Part shown: positions 1-8,790 of the stretch, one piece after another
Numbering within the stretch: position 1 is the first letter of the stretch
Layout of the letters: the number at the start of each line of letters is the position of its first letter
From: Octopus sinensis
Lineage: Eukaryota
NCBI RefSeq assembly: GCF_006345805.1
Contig: NW_021824058.1
Span: forward strand, 1-19,936
Direction: 5' to 3'
Length of the DNA stretch: 19,936 nucleotides
The notes under the pieces: generated by a model
Database searches by the model: none
The model's input: only the letters and a program-made list of their open reading frames with translations
Told to the model about the DNA's origin: nothing
Program-made: the position numbers and the translations under genes

Positions 1-216
1 TGGCAGGCGATATTATTTGTAAAGAAATCTGAAATCATGGTATAACCGTTATATAACAAGGTAAAGGTTTTAATTTTTCATTTACTTCGAAATTTGCTAT
101 AAAATTGTGGTTTTTTGGCCATGTTGGCTAGCTAAGTCATCGTCAGCATTCCGACGATGGCTTTGGTGGCCGAAACTTCGTAGTCACTGTCAACATGTCT
201 TGTGTGTGTATAGATT

Positions 217-255
217 GATAGACAGACAGACAGACAGGCAGACAGACAGACAGAC

Positions 256-326
<71 letters not shown>
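217..326. repeat. Compound (GACA)n-(GATA)n microsatellite
   Basis: Direct reading. It abuts the family 2 SINE at the position where that family carries its internal microsatellite. Confidence 0.95.
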
Positions 327-486
327 CGGCGGGCTTCCATTAAGTTTCCCTCTACCAAATTCACTGACACGACATTGATTTGGCCGGGGTTATAGTAGAA
401 GGTACCTGCCCAAATTGCCATACAGTAGGACCGAACCCGAAAGAACATGGATTCAAAACGATTTAAATCTTAACCACACAGCCATG
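327..486 (-). mobile_element. Family 2 (CORE-like, tRNA-derived) SINE, diverged 5' half
   Basis: Reverse complement aligns by eye to 16678-16937 (ggctgtgtggt..., gggcaggtaccttctactataacc, ggtagagggaaac...gaagcccgcc). Confidence 0.8.
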
Positions 487-500
487 TCTGCGTCTAAACT

Positions 501-660
501 GTCGAACGCTTAAATTTAGCTACATTAAAACGGACAATTTACATTACTGAACGTTTCCATTTAGCGAAACAGAAACCGACTGGCTACAGAGTCGAACGTT
601 TGAATTTAACTACATCGTAATTGACGGGTGACATTGTCGAACATTCAAACTTGACTACAT
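501..660. repeat. Diverged 45-bp minisatellite, about 3.5 units
   Basis: Core GTCGAACRYTYRAAYTTRRCTACAT starts at 501, 591 and 636, with a degenerate copy at 546; spacing is exactly 45. Confidence 0.7.
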
Positions 661-1070
661 TTTCTATAAATATTGTCAGCTATCCTAAAACTTCGTTCAT
701 TTGAAGATTATTTCAGAGTAGTCTTTTAAATAAGAAATGAAGCATTCTAAGAATTCTAAGCCTGATGCCAAGATTGCTCTGCGATAACAATGATTTTCTT
801 ACTTATGGAAATGATTTATTGATTATTATTTATCGTACAGGAGCCTGGTGAAAACGATGCAATTTCCCATTATTGATATTGAAAGCTGGGGTTTCAATAA
901 TTAAAATATTATACAATAATGTAGATTTTCTGGGAGAGAATCACCAAAAATATTCTTAAAGGAATACTCGAAAATAGATCAAAACGTAATGTGAGTTCCT
1001 CATAATTTTAAGTAACCTACTGAGGAATGAACGCTTCCATCAACAAAATCCATAATAATATTGATTATTT

Positions 1071-1284
1071 CTTTCTACTGAAGACACAAGGTCTGAAATT
1101 CTGGGGAGGGAGAAAGTCGATTACATCGACCCTAGCGCGCAACTGGTACTTATTTTATCGACCCCCGAAAAGAAGAGAAGCACAGTCGACCTCAGCGGAA
1201 TTTGAACTCAGAACTCAGAATACGGACGAAATGTCGCTTAGCATTTTGCCCTGCGCGCTATAGATTCTGTCAGCTCGCCACCTT
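1071..1284 (-). mobile_element. Family 1 SINE, tail B
   Basis: Minus strand reads AAGGTGGCGAGCTGACAGAATC (A-box-like)...GAGTTCAAATTCC (B box)...GGGGGTCGATAAAATAAGTACCAG...ccttgtgtcttcagtagaaag. Confidence 0.9.
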
Positions 1285-1286
1285 GA

Positions 1287-1327
<41 letters not shown>

Positions 1328-1342
1328 GAGGATGATAATAAT

Positions 1343-1545
1343 TTTCTACTATAGGCACAAGGCCTGAAATTTTAGGGGAGGGATGTAATCAATTACATCC
1401 ACTTCCCTGGTTCTTAATTTATCGAGCCCGAAAAAATTAAGGCAAAACTGACCTTGGTGAAATTTGAACTAAGGATCTAAAGGCGAACGAAATGCCGATT
1501 AACATTTTATCCAGCGTGCTATCAATTCTGCCAGCTCACCACCTT
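1343..1545 (-). mobile_element. Family 1 SINE, tail B
   Basis: Same head, body and tail (ggccttgtgcctatagtagaa); separated from the previous copy by (TAA)n at 1288-1342. Confidence 0.88.
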
Positions 1546-1560
1546 AAAAATAATAATGAT

Positions 1561-1755
1561 TACTACTATAGGTACAAGGCTTGAAAATGGGTGGGGTGGG
1601 GGAGCTTTTGTCGATTACACCCCTTCTCACCATCCGCCCCCAGTGCTAAAAGCAAATTCGACTTCGGTGGAGTTTGAACTCGGAACCTAAAGAAGAACGA
1701 AATGACGCCAAACATTTTGTCCGGCGTGCTAAAGATTTTACCAGTTATCCGCCTT
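1561..1755 (-). mobile_element. Family 1 SINE, tail B, internal body deletion
   Basis: Head aaggcggataactggtaaaatc...gagttcaaactcc and tail ccttgtacctatagtag are present; the central gtcgataaaataagtac block is missing. Confidence 0.8.
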
Positions 1756-1765
1756 TATGATGATA

Positions 1766-1922
1766 GTTCGAGCATAAGGCCCGAAATTTTAGTGAAAGGA
1801 GCTAGTCGGTTACATCGACCCCTGTACACAGCTAATTCTTATTTTATCAACCCCGAAAGGATGAAAAGCAAAGTTGACCTCGGCGGAATTTGAACTCAGA
1901 ACGTAGCGGCAGTTGAAATACC
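1766..1922 (-). mobile_element. Family 1 SINE unit starting at internal GGTATTTC, tail B (second unit of a dimer)
   Basis: Minus strand: aaagaaata|ggtatttcaactgccgctacgttctgagttcaaattcc... Confidence 0.85.
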
Positions 1923-2120
1923 TATTTCTTTACTACCCACGAGGGGCTAAACATAGAGGGGACAAACAAGGACAGACAAACGGATTATGTCGATTACATC
2001 GACCCCAGTGTGTAACTGGTACTTAATTTATCGACCCCGAAAGGATGAAAAGCAAAGTCGATCTCGGCGGAATTTGAACTCAAAACGTAACGGCAGACGA
2101 AATAACGCTAAGCATTTCGC
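1923..2120 (-). mobile_element. Family 1 SINE, tail A, 5' truncated (first unit of the dimer)
   Basis: gcgaaatgcttagcgttatttcgtctgccg...atccgtttgtctgtccttgtttgtcccctctatgtttagcccctcgtgggtagtaaagaaata. Confidence 0.92.
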
Positions 2121-2367
2121 TTATAATTATAATTATATACATAATTATAATCAGGGGTCAGCTGAGTGACTCGCCACGTACTGAATTAGAAATAGACGCT
2201 AATGTCTTTTCAACTACCATAAAAATCTCCGAGACAATAACACCCTTTGTTTTTAAGTAGGTAAAAGGGAAAATGATGAGTCAACACGACTTCGGTTAAT
2301 CACAGACACGTTTCGAACTTAAAGAAAATTATATTTACCTATTGTTCTCCTCAGTGTAATATTCCGA

Positions 2368-2664
2368 TTTTTTTTTTAAGTTTCAGCTCAGAGCTGCGGC
2401 CATGCTGATGCACCGCCGTTTTGCGCTACACTGTTATTACTAGGAGCCTCCTCTAATATGTGGCACTTGATGAAGAATGGAGTTTGATATAGTTATAAAT
2501 TTGCGAGTGTTAGGATTGGCAAGCTTCTTTCAATTTCTGTTTAGCATATCTACTGGCAATTCTTTGGTCGGTCCAGAGCTATAGCCATAGCTCTTGCCCA
2601 AGGTGCTACAAAGCGGGCCCGAACCCGGGGATATGTCGTTGGGAAGCAAGCTTCTTACCACAGA
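2368..2664 (-). mobile_element. Degenerate family 2 SINE (head 2521-2664, tail remnant 2368-2418)
   Basis: Plus-strand cttgcccaaggtg...gcaagcttcttaccac matches the head; ctgcggccatgctgatgcaccgcc matches the reverse of the tail at 17145-17170. The middle does not align by eye. Confidence 0.6.
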
Positions 2665-3006
2665 ACACTGGCTGTTTCATTTATTCGTCTGTATCATATC
2701 AACATCTTTCTGATTTTTATTCCGTTACGAAGATTAAGTTGATCGTAACGGATAAAGACAGATTAAGAGATTCGAAAATACAGCGGATTGAGAAACGGTA
2801 TTATGGGAAGAGTTACGTAATGTTAGCATTTGCTAGTGTTTGTATTGGTTATGTTTGTATTGGTAATAAAAAATACACCTGGTTTCCTTTGAAATACGCG
2901 GAAACTGCTGATGAGAAGACGAAGAAAAACATTGCAAGTCACAAATAATGGAAGCATATAATGATGTGTGTCTGTCATAATGTGCGTCAGTATGTTTGTA
3001 TTTATT

Positions 3007-3068
3007 TGTGTGTGTGTGTGTGTGTGTGGTGTGAGTGAAAGAGAGAGAGTGTGTGTGTGTGTGAGAGT

Positions 3069-3116
<48 letters not shown>

Positions 3117-3257
3117 TGTGTGAGAGTGAAAGAGAGAGAGAAAGAGAGAGAGAGAGGAGAGGAGTGTGTGTGTGTGTGAGAAGTGAAAAGAGAGAGAGAA
3201 GAGGAGAGAGAAAGAGAGAGCGAGAGAGGAGAGAGAGTGTGGTGTGGTTGTGAGAGT

Positions 3258-3290
<33 letters not shown>

Positions 3291-3480
3291 TGTGGTGTGT
3301 GTGAGAGTGAAAGAGAGAGAGGGAGAGAGAGAGTGTGTGTGTGTAAGAGTGAAAGAGAGAGAGAAAAGAGAGAGTGTGTGTGTGTGGGTGTATCTGTGTG
3401 TATAAGTGTGTATATGTGTACATCTACGTATATCTGTTTGCGCTTGTGTATGAGAGAGAGAGAGAGAGGCTGTATGTGAG
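3007..3480. repeat. Compound (GT)n/(GA)n array with higher-order unit (GT)n-GAGAGTGAAA-(GA)n
   Basis: The AGTGAAA marker recurs about 7 times between 3034 and 3355. Confidence 0.9.
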
Positions 3481-3704
3481 AGAAAGGGATTGACAAACAG
3501 AGAGTGATAGAGAAAGCGATAGGGTGAGAAAGAAAAAGAAAGAGAAATAGAAAGAGAAAGTGAGAGACAAGTGTTTCGGTGATGGTGTCTTTGGGAAAGA
3601 TCCTCCGAAATTTCTTATTGTGCAGATTCAACTGATAACTGTAACTGTTCGACTTTTGGAATTGTGAAACGAATCTTTACTTTCGCATTAAGTAGCAGCA
3701 ACGC

Positions 3705-3911
3705 CTCACAGACAATAGAGATAGAGAGTAAGAGGGAGGGAGGCAGAGAGAGAGTAAGAGGGAGAGAGACAGAGAGAGTGTAAGAGTGAGAAAGTATGGT
3801 AGAGAGTAGGCGGGAGAGAGAGGGTAAGAGCGAAAGAGTAGGAGAGAGTAGGCGGGAGAGAGAGAGGGAGTAAGAGCGAAAAAGTAAGCGAGAGAATAAG
3901 AGAGAGAAGGA

Positions 3912-3947
<36 letters not shown>

Positions 3948-4165
3948 AATCGGGAGCAGAAGAAGGGGAGAGAGTAGGAGTGAAAAATGTACAGAGAAAG
4001 AACAAGAGAGAGAAAGAGAGAGAGTGAAAGAGAGAAAGAAAGATAAACAAAGAGAGAGAAAGGATGTGACCGAGAACGAAAGATAGTAAGAGAAGGAACG
4101 AAAAAGTGGAAGTTAGACTGAAAGCGAAAGTGAGGAGAAAGAGCGAAAGAGAGAGAAAGAGAGAG
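3705..4165. repeat. Purine-rich low-complexity tract including (AAAG)n
   Basis: Direct reading; also contains a local duplication of gagagtaggcgggagagagaggg. Confidence 0.85.
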
Positions 4166-4286
4166 ACGGTGTTTCAGTTTCTCGGTTTCATTTATTCTTA
4201 GTCTATGAACACGTGACTTTTATTAAAAAAAAAAAAGAAATGGAAAATGAGGAAAAGCACGTTGACCCAGTCCAGTAAGACCTATA

Positions 4287-4635
4287 TTTCAAAGGTCGAC
4301 ATTGGTTTTTATCCTTTCGGAAGGGATAAAATAAATATCTATTTCTTTATTACCCACAAAGGAGCTAAACACAGAGAGGACAAACAAGGACAGACAAACG
4401 GATTAAGTCGATTATATCGACCCCAGTGCATAATTGGTACTTAATTTATCGACCCCGAAAGGATGAAAGGCAAAGTCGACCTCGGCGGAATTTGAACTCA
4501 CGACGTAACGGCAGACGAAATACTGCTAAGCATTTCATCCGGCGTGCTAACGTTTCTGCCAGCTCGCACTGGGGTCGATGTAACCGACGCCCTCCTTATC
4601 CTAAAATTCCGGTCCTTGTGCCTATATTAAAAATG
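4287..4635 (+). mobile_element. Family 1 SINE (tail B) split by an inverted family 1 copy
   Basis: Body 4287-4337 (ggtcgac...cctttcgg...gataaaata) resumes at 4567-4635 (cactggggtcgatgtaaccgac...ccttgtgcctata). Confidence 0.7.
4338..4567 (-). mobile_element. Family 1 SINE, near full length, tail A
   Basis: Close match to 6851-7077 and 8096-8327 on the opposite strand. Confidence 0.93.
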
Positions 4636-4647
4636 ATCATCATTGTT

Positions 4648-4865
4648 AAGGCGGCGGGCTGACAGAATCGTTAGCATTCCGTACAAAATACTTGACGGCA
4701 TTTCGTCCATCTTTATCGTCTGGGTTCAAATCCTGCCCAAGTCGTCTTTGCCTTTATCCTTCGGGGATTCGATAAATAAACACGAGTTGGGTACTGGGGT
4801 CGATGTAATCGACTTAACCCCTACCCAAACTGTGCTGGCCTTGTGCCAAATATTCAAAGCTAATA
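4648..4865 (+). mobile_element. Family 1 SINE, tail C
   Basis: aaggcggcgggctgacagaatcg...gggttcaaatcc...gctggccttgtgccaaatattcaaagc. Confidence 0.87.
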
Positions 4866-4870
4866 TTATA

Positions 4871-5100
4871 CAGCGATGAGCTTGGAGGAACTGTTGGCAC
4901 TCCAGACAAAAAGCTAAGCAACATTTTATCCGTTGTTACGTTCTGAGTTCAAGTTCCGCCGAAGTCGATTTTGCCTTCCATCTTTTCGGGTTCGGTAAAA
5001 TGAGTACCACTGGGGGGGGGGTCGACGTACTCGACTTATTCTCTCCCACTTAGTATCCACCCGAAATTGCTGACCTTGTGCCAAAATGTAAAACCAATAT
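4871..5100 (+). mobile_element. Family 1 SINE, tail C, diverged head
   Basis: ctgagttcaagttccgccgaagtcgattttgccttccatc...gaaattgctgaccttgtgccaaaatgtaaaacc. Confidence 0.82.
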
Positions 5101-5113
5101 CGTTGATCTCAGT

Positions 5114-5310
5114 AAGGCAGGAAGCTGGCAGAATCGTTATCACGTTGGGCAAAATGCTCACTGACATTCCTTCCGTCTTCATGTTCTGAGTTCAAATTCC
5201 GCCGAGGTTCACTTTGCCTTTTATCATTTCTGGTAGATAAAATAGATACCACATGAATACTGGTGTCTATCTAATCGACTTACCTCTTCTCCCGAACTTG
5301 CTATAATTTG
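5114..5310 (+). mobile_element. Family 1 SINE, diverged, tail probably C
   Basis: aaggcaggaagctggcagaatcg...ctgagttcaaattccgccgagg...ctaatcgacttacc. Confidence 0.82.
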
Positions 5311-5643
5311 AATCCCGTTTTATATATCATCGGATTTCTCCTTCGTCAAGAACTCGAAGACAGAGTGATATTTCTTCTTGAGGCGTTTTATTTGCTTGGA
5401 ATAAAGAATGAACATAAAGATATATTATAGAGAAAGCATTTGACTAAAAAAAATGGGCAATTTGAATAACCTACGACAGTTAATAAGAAAAGTTATATCC
5501 ACTCATACATGACATCAGTAGAATTGTCGCACGCGGAGGTGATTGATAACCTGTCCATCTCTATAAGGAAAATACATGAAAATATGTACTGGGGGAACAC
5601 GAGTTTAAATAGAATTTGCTCTTTCAATGTAGCGTGTGGATGA

Positions 5644-5644
<1 letters not shown>

Positions 5645-5676
<32 letters not shown>

Positions 5677-5725
5677 TTGTGTGTACGTCTGTGTGTATGT
5701 GTGTCTGTACGTACACGTGTGTGCA
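5645..5725. repeat. (GT)n microsatellite, degenerate 3' part
   Basis: Direct reading. Confidence 0.9.
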
Positions 5726-6431
5726 TTCCAGTTATGAACGTGAAATAAACCACCGTAAGCCAATGCTCAACGGTAGCCACGATTCGCCGATAGCATAAAG
5801 AATGTGTGTCGCATATGAGAACTTCTGAAAATATTTCCTAGGTTTAAGTGGACTTAAATACTGCAGAGAGGAATAAAAAGCTGGCGAGTGCGAAGTATTA
5901 TAGAACATATAATTTCAGCACAACATATTAGATATCACATCAGCGGATACTGAAAAACTGAACGTAATAAAACGCAACACGTGAAGAAAATTCGCCGTTA
6001 AATTCGATAATAATGAAGCAGTTTAGAACTAGCTCGCTATTTTTATATTCCAACTCTCATAATACTAAATCAACTATTCAACTAATCAACTAATATTTCG
6101 GTTTTTCTTTCTCTCTTTCGCGTGATTCCATTATGCTATATACTTACTGAACCAATATAGGAGGCAATATGGAATTTGCAGTTATCTACGAGGTCTCTCG
6201 ACTCGAAACAACTGCAAAATAAAGTCTTACTTTTGCAACACTCAGTCGTTCTTTATTTATTTAAATCATTGGTTTTCAGCCATGTTTTTTTTATTATTAT
6301 TTTATCTGTGAACCCCTTTGATTATTATTTTTTTTGTTCTGGTGAACTTCCATAACCATTCGAAAATTTAAAACTAGTTCTATTGATTTTCTCTTTCAAA
6401 ATTCCTGTTTTTGGTTTTCATACATTCAACT

Positions 6432-6620
6432 CCCATCCCTTAGTTATCCGTCGCATGCGCTGGTACCGACATGCCCTCCGTCTTCCGCTACATAATCCTA
6501 CCAGGGTTTTACTCCCATTCGAGGCTGGGAAAGTCCTCGTGGTAGGCCCCGCACCAGATGGCTGGATGTTGTTAGGGGGCATCTGCAGATGGAAAAGTTT
6601 AGTCCAACGTAACGATCCCA
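6432..6620 (+). mobile_element. Relic 3' end of an RTE-type LINE ORF (frameshifted)
   Basis: Manual translation: IRRMRWYRHALRLPLHNPTRVLLPF, then after a frameshift at about 6523 GWESPRGRPRTRWLDVVRGHLQ. This resembles the LRWFGHVxR...GRPRxRWxD C-terminal signature of RTE-type ORFs. Confidence 0.75.
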
Positions 6621-6722
6621 GTACTTAGAACCTCCTTAAGCTTGGCACTTCTTTTATTGATCTCTTACGCTGAACTGTTCAGTAACAGGGACATAGGAAC
6701 AAACACAGGCACACACATATAC

Positions 6723-6771
<49 letters not shown>

Positions 6772-6850
6772 CATGTACACACACACACACACACGCACTC
6801 ATCTCTCAGTTTTTGTCTATTCACAAGGCTTTGGTTGTTGGCTGTAGTAG

Positions 6851-7261
6851 GCGGCGTGCTGGAGGAAACGTTAGCACGCCGGGCGAAATGCCTAGCGGTA
6901 TTTCGTCTGCCGCTACGTTCTGAGTTCAAATTCCGCCGAGGTCAACTTCGCCGTTGATCCTTTCGGAGTCGATTAAATAAGTACCAGTTACGCACTGGGG
7001 TCGATATAATCGACTTAGTACGTTTGTCTGTCCTTGTTTGTTCTCTGTGTTTAGCCTCTTGTGGGCAGTAAAGAAATACGTTTGTCTATCCTTGTTTGTC
7101 GTCTCTGTGTTTAGGCCCTTTGTGGGCAGTAAAGAAATACGTTTGTCTGTCCTTGTTTGTCGTCTCTGTGTTTAGCCCCTTTGTGGGCAGTAAAGAAATA
7201 CGTTTGTCTGTCCTTGTTTGTCCTCTCTGTGATTAGCCCCTTTGTGGGCAGTAAAGAAATA
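6851..7261 (+). mobile_element. Family 1 SINE, tail A quadruplicated, with target-site duplication
   Basis: B box GAGTTCAAATTCC at 6922-6934; TGTAGTAG(G) at 6843-6851 and 7262-7270. Confidence 0.93.
7019..7261 (+). repeat. Four tandem copies of SINE tail A (58, 61, 61, 61 bp)
   Basis: Units start TACGTTTGTCT at 7019, 7077, 7138 and 7199. Confidence 0.95.
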
Positions 7262-7811
7262 TGTAGTAGGACAGATTTGCCTGAAATGCCACGCAGTGGG
7301 ACTGAACCAAGAACCATGTGGTTGGAAAACGAGCTTTTTTATCACAAAGCCATACAGATGATTATTTGTATAAGAAAAAAAAATTCAAATAGATTTTCAC
7401 ATTTTAGCTTTTAACAGCCTTGCTTCTGTACTGCAAATATGTAGTGTTATCATATTACGATACTTCGAAGATCTGCAATAACAACACAAAACCCCATTTC
7501 CTATTCTCTCAATTAGTCGACACCTAATTGTAATAACGGTAACAGCTGGTTTATTGATTTATTAGTTTGTTTGTGTAAGATAATCAACAATGTCTTCTTC
7601 ATAAGCGAGAGATAATCGAACATGTCAGACGTCTCTACGCTATGATCAAATAATATTTTGACCTTCCTCTTCACCATAACCTTTAACGCAAAACACCGGA
7701 GTTGAGAATAAAACGGTTTTTCTTTTAGTGATGCATCTGCCATCTTGTTCTTCGTAACCTTTTGTCTCGTCTTTACCCGATGAAAAATTTGCATCAATCG
7801 CTCCAATCTAC

Positions 7812-7955
<144 letters not shown>

Positions 7956-8032
7956 CTTCATAACACAGTGTAGGTAAAAATGAAGTGGAGTCTTTAGTTA
8001 TCTGTCAAGTCATAAGCACCTCAGATAGATAA

Positions 8033-8034
8033 TA

Positions 8035-8068
<34 letters not shown>

Positions 8069-8094
8069 GTTATTGTTATTATTATTATTGTTAT
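8033..8094. repeat. (TTA)n microsatellite directly 5' of a SINE
   Basis: Direct reading. Confidence 0.95.
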
Positions 8095-8095
8095 C

Positions 8096-8682
8096 AAGGC
8101 AGCGAGCGCGCAAAATCGTTAGCACTCTGGACCAAATGCTTAGCGGTATTTCGTCTGCCGCTACGTTCTCAGTTCAAATTTGCCGAGGTCGACTTTGCCT
8201 TTCATCCTTTCGGGGTCGATTAAATAAGTACCAGTTACACACTGGGGTCGATATAATCGACTTAATCCGTTTGTCTGACCTTGTTCGTCCCCTCTGTGTT
8301 TAGCCCCTTGTGGGCAGTAAAGAAATAGGTATTTCGTCTGCCACTACGTTCTCAGTTCAAATTCTGCCGAGGTTGTCTTTGCCTTTCATTCTTTCGGGGT
8401 CGATTAAATAAGTACCAGTTACGCACTGGGGTCAATATAATCCACTTAATGCGTTTCTCTGTCCTTGTTTGTCCCCTCTGTGTTTAGCCCCTTGCGGATA
8501 GTAAAGAAATAGGTATTTCGTCTGCCGCTACGTTCTCAGTTCAAATTCTGCCGAGGTTGACTTTGCCTTTCATCCTTTCGGGGTCGATTAAATAAGTACT
8601 AGTTACGCACTGGGGTCGATATAATCGACTAACCCCCTTCCCCCCAAAAAATTTTCAAGTCCTTGTACCTAGAGTAGAAAAG
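8096..8682 (+). mobile_element. Family 1 SINE trimer: full unit with tail A (8096-8327), restarted unit with tail A (8328-8511), restarted unit with tail B (8512-8682)
   Basis: Two identical junctions AAAGAAATA|GGTATTTCGTCTGCC. Confidence 0.92.
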
Positions 8683-8701
8683 AATAATGATTATCATTAT
8701 T

Positions 8702-8789
8702 AAGATGGTGAGCTGGCTGAATTGTTAGCACGCCGGGGGAAAATGATTAGCGCTATTTCGCCCGTCACGACGGTTTGAGTTCAAATTTC
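8702..8789 (+). mobile_element. Family 1 SINE head only, ending just after the B box
   Basis: aagatggtgagctggctgaattgttagcacgccgg...gagttcaaatttc, abutting the LINE relic. Confidence 0.85.
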
Positions 8790-8790
8790 A

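Larger units (their letters stand above)
6638..7354 (-). mobile_element. Family 2 SINE split by a family 1 insertion (pieces 6638-6850 and 7262-7354)
   Basis: ttcacaaggctttggttgttggctgtagtag continues after the insert as tgtagtaggacagatttgcc...gccacgcagtgggactgaacc; internal (AT)n/(AC)n at about 6727-6795. Confidence 0.88.

Noticed and set aside
501-660. CRISPR-like repeat-spacer array
   Set aside because: Eukaryotic context, degenerate repeats, spacers related to each other and only 20 nt, and no cas genes.
7019-7261. CRISPR array
   Set aside because: Contiguous copies of the SINE tail with no unique spacers.
7513-7806. 97-aa minus-strand ORF in unique sequence
   Set aside because: No recognisable motif, no codon bias, and no convincing splice-site pair.
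8328-8511. Hammerhead ribozyme in the 184-bp monomer
   Set aside because: No CUGANGA...GAAA core on either strand by eye. Other ribozyme classes were not excluded.
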